Below the pieces are notes generated by a model. That model did not search any database. It worked only from the letters and a program-made list of their open reading frames with translations, and was not told the DNA's origin. From IMG/VR virus record IMGVR_UViG_3300038674_000481, positions 1 through 30,408 of that record: 30,408 bases of DNA, one strand, 5' to 3'. Positions 14,972 through 23,102 of the stretch are shown here, one piece after another (positions within the stretch are counted from its first letter, which is position 1; the number at the start of each line of letters is the position of its first letter). The stretch comes from a virus (lineage: Duplodnaviria; Caudoviricetes). A program made the position numbers and the translations under genes.

Positions 14972-16624
14972 TCACCTCTTCAAAAACTCAAGGCGAGCGC
15001 CGTAAGCCCGACCGGAAGTCGTAGCACCGTAATACGAAGACAGACAGCCGACACCCGCACTCGGCCCATAAAACCAAAGGCCGCCGAAAAGCAAACAAGT
15101 TGGGGTAGCACTGGCTGTTCGGATATAGTAATAGTCGCACAAGTATGTACTACTACTACCAGTGGTGGTTGCACCCATCATCATATATTTGAGGTAACTA
15201 TCTGTGAAAACGGCATTGATGTATCCGTTAGCTGCTATGCCTGCATTCGGTGGTACAGACACAGAATCTACGTATTTACCAGCGGTGGTGACCTCTGAGG
15301 GGAATGATGTGCCTGCTGCGGGGATGGTTCTGTGTACAGTGTCGTAGAATCTAATGCCTCCTATCCACTTGTAGACATTGCCCCAGAGGTTTTCAATGCC
15401 TCTATACACGATCGGCCTTTGTCCTGCTGTTCCTGTGCCAGTTCCTGTACCATTTGTTCCTATGTTGGTATCTGCTGAAAGAGCTCCAGTGAGAAGCCCA
15501 GCAAAATCTGTTCCTGAAGCTAGATCCACAATGCCTTTTTCAAGGACTGTCTGAGAATCAAGCGATGCGTATTCGGTGTAGAACAATAGCCTCAATGCGC
15601 TGAGAGTCCAGATATTAGTAATACCCCATGCCGTAGATGCAATGTTGTTGGCATAGGTCTCTGCGTCTGTAATATAGAGCCTGCCTGAATTTGGCAAATC
15701 TGGGTATGCAACTGCTCCTGTAATGGGCCGTTTGTTTGTTGCGGATCTCAGTTTGAAAGTAGATCCATCCAAATAACCACTTGCTTCATAGGCTGAAACG
15801 AATAGTTCTGCCTCTGTACCACCTCTTTGTAAGAAGGCTGGGTGCAGTTCGAAACCTGCATATTGAATAGGACTGATCCACCACTTATGTACGGTTCCAT
15901 CTGTGGAGAATTTGACATAGAATTTGGGTATCTTGACCATTACGTTTCCAGATGCACCGGTTAGGTCTATGCCATCACCACGAGCATTTGTACCGTATGT
16001 CACCACGCCCGTGCTGGGATTAATGACACACCTCTTCATGTTGCCCCAGATAATATGGTTGTTGAAATATGAGGATGTTAATCCGGTAACCGTATTTCCG
16101 TCAATATCAATCCGTGTTAGGGATGGACTGGATGAAGCAGTATTCCAGGATATTCCAACTACATCAGATTTTGATGTACCTGCCACAATGGCAGGCAAAG
16201 AATTCCATACAGTTGCTCCATCTCCAATCTTGAGCCAACTATTTGTAGTATCAAAACAGGGTTCCCCAGCTGCAAGAATAGGGTTTGCTGTGGCAAGATT
16301 GGATGCACTATCGTGTCTGAACTGAATCATATCCTGGAGATTAGCTGTGCCGCCAATTACACCAGGTCTGGAATTGTCCACCATTATACGCAGTTTGTCC
16401 GTATTTTTCACATTGCGCCCATATTCATATGAGATGACCAATCCAGAAACTGTTATTTTTGTGTACCTCGACCTAGGAGCATTTGCATCATACAGCACTT
16501 CTCCAGATGTGATGTCCACAATGTGGGAGATCTGCTCGGCAGCGATGCCTGTATATAATGAGGTTAGGGTTATGGTTTTTGCTGTTGAATCGATAGTATA
16601 TTGTCCATCAGGAATTGCGTACAT
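14972..16624 (-). CDS. Mtd-like fibre/receptor-binding protein (anchor domain + Mtd_N-like domain + C-type-lectin-fold C-terminus)
   Basis: IQFRHD..NPILAAGEPCFDT...LKIGDG..WNSLP; YRGIENLWGNVYKWIGG; terminal GGxW..G..AG....L.........GARL. Confidence 0.85.
   Translation of the reverse strand: MYAIPDGQYTIDSTAKTITLTSLYTGIAAEQISHIVDITSGEVLYDANAPRSRYTKITVSGLVISYEYGRNVKNTDKLRIMVDNSRPGVIGGTANLQDMIQFRHDSASNLATANPILAAGEPCFDTTNSWLKIGDGATVWNSLPAIVAGTSKSDVVGISWNTASSSPSLTRIDIDGNTVTGLTSSYFNNHIIWGNMKRCVINPSTGVVTYGTNARGDGIDLTGASGNVMVKIPKFYVKFSTDGTVHKWWISPIQYAGFELHPAFLQRGGTEAELFVSAYEASGYLDGSTFKLRSATNKRPITGAVAYPDLPNSGRLYITDAETYANNIASTAWGITNIWTLSALRLLFYTEYASLDSQTVLEKGIVDLASGTDFAGLLTGALSADTNIGTNGTGTGTGTAGQRPIVYRGIENLWGNVYKWIGGIRFYDTVHRTIPAAGTSFPSEVTTAGKYVDSVSVPPNAGIAANGYINAVFTDSYLKYMMMGATTTGSSSTYLCDYYYIRTASATPTCLLFGGLWFYGPSAGVGCLSSYYGATTSGRAYGARLEFLKR
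14987..15097 (-). other. DGR-type variable region (VR) candidate
   Basis: Only 8 A in 111 coding nt, none at third codon positions; variable codons are NNT/NNC; lies at the extreme 3' end of a CLec-fold gene. Confidence 0.75.
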
Positions 16625-16634
16625 CTATACCTCC

Positions 16635-16913
16635 TCACGTAACTGTAGCCGCCGGGTATGTAGACTCGAGTACAATTCTCAGTACATCGGTATTTTTCAC
16701 ATTGAGCCCGTACTGATATGTGATTACTCCGCCCGATACAGTTATGGGGACTTGTCTTGCACGGGTCTCATTAGCATCATACAGTACTTCTCCGGAGGTC
16801 ATGTCCACAATTCTTGAAACCTGTCCGGCTATAATATTGGAATATGTTGAACTTAATGTAATTGTTTTAGCTGTTGCATTAATTGTATATTCAGTCGATG
16901 GAACAACGTACAT
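16635..16913 (-). CDS. stand-alone paralog of the fibre N-terminal domain
   Basis: About 53/83 aa identical (hand count, ungapped) to the N-terminus of 14972-16624. Confidence 0.8.
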   Translation of the reverse strand: MYVVPSTEYTINATAKTITLSSTYSNIIAGQVSRIVDMTSGEVLYDANETRARQVPITVSGGVITYQYGLNVKNTDVLRIVLESTYPAATVT

Positions 16914-16923
16914 ATATCAGACC

Positions 16924-17304
16924 TCAGAAGAATGTTTCATCGTTAGTAGTAGCTTCGGATGTTGCAGATATTGGGCTTAGAGACAAGCGTTTTATTGCTT
17001 CTTTGTACTCTGTTTTGTATCCATCTCCTGTCCGATAAGATATTGAATCTCCGAATTCGGACATGCTGGAAATATTGGAATGGAGCATAGATGGAGTGCT
17101 GGCCCCTATCCTCATGCATATAGCCAACAGAACTGCGCGTTTGTAGATTGTTGCACTTGAACCAGTGAAAGTATCTCTCGATGTAGCCAACTTCACTAAA
17201 TCTTCGGCTTCATCAGAGTAATCTCCGATAACATCTTCAGTATATGCAGCCGGAAGAGTTTCCTGGAGTTCCAGCTCAATAGCGCTCTTAGATATAAGGG
17301 CCAT
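16924..17304 (-). CDS. head-tail adaptor/connector protein
   Basis: Directly after the capsid gene; ISSMSEFGDSISY motif typical of adaptors. Confidence 0.7.
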   Translation of the reverse strand: MALISKSAIELELQETLPAAYTEDVIGDYSDEAEDLVKLATSRDTFTGSSATIYKRAVLLAICMRIGASTPSMLHSNISSMSEFGDSISYRTGDGYKTEYKEAIKRLSLSPISATSEATTNDETFF

Positions 17305-17325
17305 GTTGACCTCAAAAAAGAAAGG

Positions 17326-18237
17326 TTATGGGATGTTAGCGTATCCCAATCTCCAGTCTCCTAGCCCCATGTTAAACCTGCATTTAACACCATACTGCCA
17401 GGTATCGCGTGTGAATCCAGTGTCAGAATTGCCTTCTAGTGAACTAAACTCGGTGTTCTTTCTGTTCTGGAATATTACTGGCTTAGTGACTTTGTTTCCA
17501 CACAATAGGTACCATGAGTCAGTGTCTGTAATTCTCTCCGTAACAATGACATCGTACCTTCCTTTGTGGATGTTCAGCGTTGGTTTTTTGTCCACTCCGC
17601 TGGCTACATAACGCTGGATGGTTTCCGCTCCCACAATCTCAAGAGCAGTTGCTTCCAGCTCAGGAGGCACCATGAGAATATTTCCATTGATACCCATGGA
17701 ATTGCCCTTGTCATCCTTGAACCTCATCATAGCAGCCCTTGCTGCACTGAGGCTTTCAGATGTGAGAGCACTTGATCCAAGATTAGACTGAGTGCCACTA
17801 TCGTTTTCACGGTGGTCTGTATCAAAGAAATACTGGCCATCATAACACGGAGTAGAGGCTCCAGCCACCACAGTATCAAATGCTTTGGTTCTGTAGAAAT
17901 CCCGCGCGGTTTCTCCAAGCTGTTTGACTCTTAGGACAATCTGCCCATACTGATCGTCTTCTATTGCATCAGCATCAACCGCAATAGTGGATTCCCACTT
18001 TTTGTTTGTGATCTGGAAACTGTGCTCAGCAAGAGCAGAGGGCATCCTTTCATCCACCCATTCCCTCATGCTTGGAGTGGCTCCCAACCACGCGTATTGT
18101 TCGCTTGCCTTGTTGGAAGGGATCTCCATTGCGATGCTTTTCCAGTCCTCGTTTGGCTGCTTATTATATTCTTCAAAGAAGACAGTTTTGAGGCCAGCGA
18201 GAAGATGTTTTGGAATATCCTGAGTTGTAAGTGGCAT
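17326..18237 (-). CDS. major capsid protein, Mu gpT-like (HK97 fold)
   Basis: YAWLGATPSMREWVDER, ITNKKWESTIAV..DAIEDDQYG, CYDGQYFFDTDH, LMVPPELE motifs. Confidence 0.92.
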   Translation of the reverse strand: MPLTTQDIPKHLLAGLKTVFFEEYNKQPNEDWKSIAMEIPSNKASEQYAWLGATPSMREWVDERMPSALAEHSFQITNKKWESTIAVDADAIEDDQYGQIVLRVKQLGETARDFYRTKAFDTVVAGASTPCYDGQYFFDTDHRENDSGTQSNLGSSALTSESLSAARAAMMRFKDDKGNSMGINGNILMVPPELEATALEIVGAETIQRYVASGVDKKPTLNIHKGRYDVIVTERITDTDSWYLLCGNKVTKPVIFQNRKNTEFSSLEGNSDTGFTRDTWQYGVKCRFNMGLGDWRLGYANIP

Positions 18238-18644
18238 TAACAGTAGCCTCCGATATCAATCCATGCTTTGTTTGCGTTTGTCACATTCACAATCTTTCCT
18301 ACCTTGGTTGCATCAGTACTGGTCTTGGTCACTGTTACATTGTCCAGGGCATATACCTCAGTACCAATGTCAGTGACTGCTGCATTTGCAAGAGTGAATT
18401 CAAATATTCCCCTGCGGTATACCCTGCCTTTGATAGCACCGTTGGTTGCTACAGCGGAATTATCTGCTTCCTCGTAAGATACTCCAGAGAAGACCAGGCT
18501 TGCTGCCTTTGTCATGTTGGTAAGATATCCGGATGCAAGCTGAGTAAGTACACCCTTTGGAACTTTTGTAGAAGCGGCTACTCCCAGAGCAACTACGTCG
18601 CCTGGTTTCCGAGGGGTTTCAACAGATACTGTAGTAGCTGTCAT
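18237..18644 (-). CDS. capsid cement/decoration protein
   Basis: DIGTEVYALDNVTV..VGKIV motif; lies between protease and capsid genes. Confidence 0.7.
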   Translation of the reverse strand: MTATTVSVETPRKPGDVVALGVAASTKVPKGVLTQLASGYLTNMTKAASLVFSGVSYEEADNSAVATNGAIKGRVYRRGIFEFTLANAAVTDIGTEVYALDNVTVTKTSTDATKVGKIVNVTNANKAWIDIGGYC

Positions 18645-18646
18645 GT

Positions 18647-19885
18647 TTAGTCCACCTCATTGTATTTTGCAAGTTTGTCCGGGGTCACACCCAACTTATC
18701 ATAGATGTCTTTGCCAGCGCTATAGAGTGCATTTGTGGTTTGTACAGGTGTTTCAGTCCCAGCACCTACTGGATTTGAGCTTCTCATGGCCTTTGTCACC
18801 GCTCTTATTGAATCAGTGTCCGGATTCTTCGCCATGAACTCTTCAAATACCAGTTTGTTTGGCATACATGAATGTAGTTCGGCTACAGCTGCGGCATGTT
18901 CTGCTTTCTTTGCTTCTTCTATTATATGCGATTCGATGCCTGCCTGGATACCGGTCTGAATAATTTCCGGAACCTTTGCAGCCTGTGCTTTGAGGTCCGC
19001 ATTTTCGGCCTCATATGCAGCTATTTTAGCCTTTAATTCTTCGATAGTTGGTTCTTTAGAGTCGCCCATGTTGGGACCTCCTTGAGGTTCTATTTGATTT
19101 TCTGTAGAATCACTATTTAAAACGGGGTTGAGTGGATCATTTGAGACCAGCATATTCACTACATGTAGGGGTTCAACATCTGGAATTTCGTCTCCTACCT
19201 GCAGGTTGGTGTTCCTGGGATACACATAGAATACTCCCATCTGTCCCCACGAGGCTTCCGAAGCAATGCGCTCTTTCAGTTTATCCGGATCGTTAGCATC
19301 CACTTCGTCCATCCATACGTGGAATTCACGGACTTTGATTTTGCGTCCTACATTGTTGATTCTGCCAACATCATACTCATATGTAGAATCAGCAGTGCTC
19401 ATGCCCGGAACTTCTGAGGATGTGATAGGAATGCCACAGCCTACATCTAGGGGACAGGCTGGGGTTTCAGGATACACTATGAGAGAGATACCAGTGCCCT
19501 TCACGCGGTCCACGTTTTTGATAGAATGCCCTCTATAATATTCGGTCTTCCCGAACTCCACCGGAATGGATTCCTGCGAAACGCCCCTATATGCAGCTGA
19601 CTTCATTACCTCCTTTGCTTCCGGAGATAATCCACTAATTTTCATCCAGACCCCCGCATCATACCAGGTATCTGCAATGCTTCCGCTCTCTAGCACCTTA
19701 TGATTGACCCGGATGATGCCTCCTTTCCATGTTTGGAAATCTGATTGAAGTGCCTTTTCAGTCAGTCTGTATACATTGCCTTCGCTGTCCTGGGCCAATG
19801 TTCCTGGAACCGCAGCAAGAAAAGAGATAGTGTCGTCTTCGTCTTCACGTATGGGGTCGTTAAGGGGCTTCGTTGAAAAGATCAT
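18647..19885 (-). CDS. prohead protease/scaffold fusion
   Basis: N-terminal LTEKAL..WKG..IRVNH..RGVSQE..GISLI; C-terminal coiled coil; internal in-frame RBS+ATG at 19069. Confidence 0.7.
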   Translation of the reverse strand: MIFSTKPLNDPIREDEDDTISFLAAVPGTLAQDSEGNVYRLTEKALQSDFQTWKGGIIRVNHKVLESGSIADTWYDAGVWMKISGLSPEAKEVMKSAAYRGVSQESIPVEFGKTEYYRGHSIKNVDRVKGTGISLIVYPETPACPLDVGCGIPITSSEVPGMSTADSTYEYDVGRINNVGRKIKVREFHVWMDEVDANDPDKLKERIASEASWGQMGVFYVYPRNTNLQVGDEIPDVEPLHVVNMLVSNDPLNPVLNSDSTENQIEPQGGPNMGDSKEPTIEELKAKIAAYEAENADLKAQAAKVPEIIQTGIQAGIESHIIEEAKKAEHAAAVAELHSCMPNKLVFEEFMAKNPDTDSIRAVTKAMRSSNPVGAGTETPVQTTNALYSAGKDIYDKLGVTPDKLAKYNEVD

Positions 19886-19906
19886 ATAGATTTTTCAGAA
19901 AAAAAG

Positions 19907-19925
19907 ATATAAAAAGAAGGGTTGA
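19907..19925 (-). promoter_or_regulatory. putative late promoter TCAACCCT-TCT-TTTTATAT
   Basis: 21 nt upstream of the protease ATG (likely leaderless). Confidence 0.65.
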
Positions 19926-19927
19926 GA

Positions 19928-21631
19928 TCAGAAAAGATTCTTCTGCAGCTCGCCATTGATAGGCAGATGCAGCTGATCCCCCGTGTCTACGTCTCTAAGT
20001 CGAATATATCCAGAGATCTTTTTTGAATTTCCACGTGCTACTACATTTGTAACCTTTGCAGTTGCTGTGGTTTCGTAGTGCCTGCCATCTTCAGTAGATG
20101 CATTGATCGTTACTTTGAAATCTCCCATGGTTGTTACCTCGTTGATAGGTTGTTTTAATGTAATGTTCAGAGGGCCTTCTCCATACCTGCCATCTGCAGT
20201 CTTGAGTTTGATCACGCTGGTTCCTATGCCCTGTACAGTAGGCAAAACAAAAGCGTGCTGTGTAATCTGGGTACCTCTTACAATATCGAGTGTTACAAGT
20301 AGATCAGTTCCGGTTGCGCCTTTCGCTTCGGCAGTAGAGGAGCCCATAGCAATCTCTATATTCTTGCTTCCATACCTTCCATTAGAATTGAGTTTGAAAG
20401 TTACCAGGGTTGTGTTGACGTACCGAGGGCTTACTGCTGATGTGACCAGGTCAAGTGTCTGTGAGCCAGTTGATCCGGATGAGTCTGAAACTGTTACAAC
20501 AACTTTGATCTTCTCTGCTGTATCGGTGGTATTTTCCACGGGATCGGGTTCCGGTGTTGGAGTACTTCCTCCTGCTGTTACGTCGATGTTGTCAGTTACC
20601 CCTACTTTGAGGGTGCCCACATTGGTGAATGTGTTTCCTCCACCTGAAATAGAACCCCTGGCATTGGATACTCTAAACCCATTTTTACAGTTCTTAAGAG
20701 TATTGTTTCTGAAGGTCCACTTGTAGGATCCTGATATGGCGTGTTTCGCTTCTGCCATCAGAATAGCATAGCCGACATTGATGTTCTCAAAGAGGTTGTC
20801 TTCTATGATCATGCCAGACATTCCGGCTCCGGCTATGCCGGCGTTGCTGTATCCGTTGTACTTGCCCGACCCGTTCAGGAAGTTGCCTACATTACTGAAG
20901 GTGTTGTCATGGATGCGTACATTAGAACAACCTGCTACATCTGCACTAAACCAAATACCTGAACCGTTCAAGTTTTTGATAGTGTTGTCATGAATATCAA
21001 TGTCCTTGAACGCACCCTTGTCTAGTTCCATGCCTGGGCCTGTGGACCATGAAGCTATTTCAGAATACACATTGTTTCCATATATCTCGAAATCCTCTGC
21101 TCCATATGACAACCTGCAGAAAGAATTCGTTCTGGTCTTACATTTGTTATTTCGGACTACTCCTTTTTCACAGCCGTACATTGCATACAACCCTTCATGT
21201 CCTAGGTCAGCGATAACATTGTTTTCAAAGAGGATATCGTCACATGCTGTAAGTTTCAGGCCATCTATAGCAGAATTGCGCATAATACAGTCCTGCATTT
21301 TGATATCTTCCCCGTTCCTAAGCCAACATAGTACCTGACTGGAAGATCCTCTCACTTGCCCGGGTTGGTTTGAAAAGTTCCCGTCTAAACACACCCTGTC
21401 AAAGTGAATCCCATCAAGGTTATATCCCTGCAGCATCGGTGCGCTGGGGTGTTTTGGAGCCATGTAGATATACGGAATTTCAGTGTCGCTTGCACTGACA
21501 AGCTCAGTGTCTGATTTGCCTATGGTCAGGTTCTTCAGCGTATAGTTCCCGGGCTTGATCTCAATTGTAGACCCTCCCTTTTTAATCGCGCGTGTCAGCT
21601 CAGCCGATGTCTCAACAGATATGGTTGCCAT
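19928..21631 (-). CDS. right-handed parallel beta-helix protein (pectate-lyase/disaggregatase-like) with repetitive beta-rich C-terminus
   Basis: Repeated I.I..N strands; PTPEPDP linker; recurring GRYG/GRHY units. Confidence 0.75.
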   Translation of the reverse strand: MATISVETSAELTRAIKKGGSTIEIKPGNYTLKNLTIGKSDTELVSASDTEIPYIYMAPKHPSAPMLQGYNLDGIHFDRVCLDGNFSNQPGQVRGSSSQVLCWLRNGEDIKMQDCIMRNSAIDGLKLTACDDILFENNVIADLGHEGLYAMYGCEKGVVRNNKCKTRTNSFCRLSYGAEDFEIYGNNVYSEIASWSTGPGMELDKGAFKDIDIHDNTIKNLNGSGIWFSADVAGCSNVRIHDNTFSNVGNFLNGSGKYNGYSNAGIAGAGMSGMIIEDNLFENINVGYAILMAEAKHAISGSYKWTFRNNTLKNCKNGFRVSNARGSISGGGNTFTNVGTLKVGVTDNIDVTAGGSTPTPEPDPVENTTDTAEKIKVVVTVSDSSGSTGSQTLDLVTSAVSPRYVNTTLVTFKLNSNGRYGSKNIEIAMGSSTAEAKGATGTDLLVTLDIVRGTQITQHAFVLPTVQGIGTSVIKLKTADGRYGEGPLNITLKQPINEVTTMGDFKVTINASTEDGRHYETTATAKVTNVVARGNSKKISGYIRLRDVDTGDQLHLPINGELQKNLF

Positions 21632-21670
21632 GTACAATCCTCAGTTATAGAAAAGGGGTTTCATAGGACA

Positions 21671-21689
21671 CTATATAAACAAGGGTTGA
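21671..21689 (-). promoter_or_regulatory. putative late promoter TCAACCCT-TGT-TTATATAG
   Basis: Shared motif upstream of the beta-helix gene. Confidence 0.65.
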
Positions 21690-21776
21690 ACTAGTACAAT
21701 TTATTTATAACAATCCAATTAAATAAGTAAAGTTTAATATCGTAAAAGCTAAGTACACACATTGTAAACTACTATT

Positions 21777-21956
21777 GTGAAAAGATATCAGGGAATATTA
21801 TATCATCTCTTTATGGCATTGGTGATCATGGTTGTTGCGTGTCACGGGGTAGGCATGATATGCCAGATTCAAACCCATCCCATAGAGTTTATTGGCACTG
21901 CTGCTGTAGTACTGGCAATCTCATGGGTTGGAACTGAGGACCTCAAATGGAAGTGA
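21777..21956 (+). CDS. 59-aa two-TM membrane protein (MKRYQGILYHLFMALVIMVVAC...)
   Basis: Hand-translated; two hydrophobic stretches; AT-rich promoter-like AAAGTTTAATA upstream. Confidence 0.5.
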   Translation: MKRYQGILYHLFMALVIMVVACHGVGMICQIQTHPIEFIGTAAVVLAISWVGTEDLKWK

Positions 21957-21961
21957 TAAGA

Positions 21962-22135
21962 ATGGAAGCCAATTATATAATGTGTAGCGAATGTGGTCAC
22001 AATTGGAAGTTGCCTGATATTGTAGAAATGCCACACTGCAGAGTCTGTGGAAATGAGGGAAAGTTTCTATTAACTGAGTCTGACCCAAGTACATGGGGTA
22101 AAGAAGAGTTAAAATTGTTGGATGTGAGAATATGA
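21962..22135 (+). CDS. small zinc-ribbon protein
   Basis: CSECGH...CRVCG. Confidence 0.65.
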   Translation: MEANYIMCSECGHNWKLPDIVEMPHCRVCGNEGKFLLTESDPSTWGKEELKLLDVRI

Positions 22136-22195
22136 GTCGCATTAATGTGAGGTATTACAAATGAGATGGACTCACAGCAATACGATTGAAGAGTG

Positions 22196-23002
22196 CTAAT
22201 TCTCCTTGAAAGCCCATTCTTCTTTTTCTTCATTCCAGTATAATCCTGCCTTTTCTTTTTGCTTATCATATACTTCTTGTGGAGTATCAAGATCCGGATC
22301 ATCAAAGAATGCTATCGCTCTGTGCCTGCAGTGAGGCTCTCCTAACAATTGTAGTGCATAGTCTGACTGAGGGGTACCATACTCATAGACATTCCCGATT
22401 ATAGCCACATGCCAGGGACGAGCACGTTCATCACTCGGTCCGACAAAGCGCCACTTCTCGAACTTCATTCGCTGGAACTCGCTTGCTCTCCCCTGCTCAA
22501 ATGCTTTGTGGGTTGCAGTTCTGGAGAGCATATCAGCATAAGCATCGGCGTTAGTGACGTACTCCCTCTCTATGGTCTTCTCAACTTCATAGAGCTTGCC
22601 TTCCTTGTCTACCTTGAGGATGGTCCGCTTCTTCCCCACATGATTGATTGTGATCTTTTCTTTCCCTTCGAACACATCAGCCACATAGGTTTTAATTTCC
22701 TGCTTAATGTCCTTGTACCCTCCTTCGTTTCGGAGGATCTCCCTGGCTTTCTCCTTTATGGCCTCTCCTACTGCCTTATCAAACTCTGCCATATATCCGA
22801 AGTGTTCAGCTGTCAGCTTGTTGATAGCAGCTTCCTGAAGGGGGGAGAGTTTCTTGTACTTCTTACCTTGCTCTTGCCTGGAATCGTCAGAACCTGCCCG
22901 GTAATATGCAGCAACCGCAGCGGTAATAGAACTGGCATGAGCCAAAGCCATTACAGAGATAGCTTCTTCTATTTGCTTAAGGATCTCTTCTTCGCTTGCC
23001 AT
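22196..23002 (-). CDS. head morphogenesis/minor capsid protein (Mu gpF / SPP1 gp7-like); start could be 23098
   Basis: After the portal gene; SRTATHKAF.QGR, DERARPWH, EPHCRH motifs. Confidence 0.7.
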   Translation of the reverse strand: MASEEEILKQIEEAISVMALAHASSITAAVAAYYRAGSDDSRQEQGKKYKKLSPLQEAAINKLTAEHFGYMAEFDKAVGEAIKEKAREILRNEGGYKDIKQEIKTYVADVFEGKEKITINHVGKKRTILKVDKEGKLYEVEKTIEREYVTNADAYADMLSRTATHKAFEQGRASEFQRMKFEKWRFVGPSDERARPWHVAIIGNVYEYGTPQSDYALQLLGEPHCRHRAIAFFDDPDLDTPQEVYDKQKEKAGLYWNEEKEEWAFKEN

Positions 23003-23102
23003 TAATCGACCTCTTTCGTAGTGTCGTTCCAATACCAACGGCAAGAGCAAGGCCGGGGTTTGCGCTTCTTTGGAACGATCCTTGTAAGGAGTTTCCATGG
23101 TT

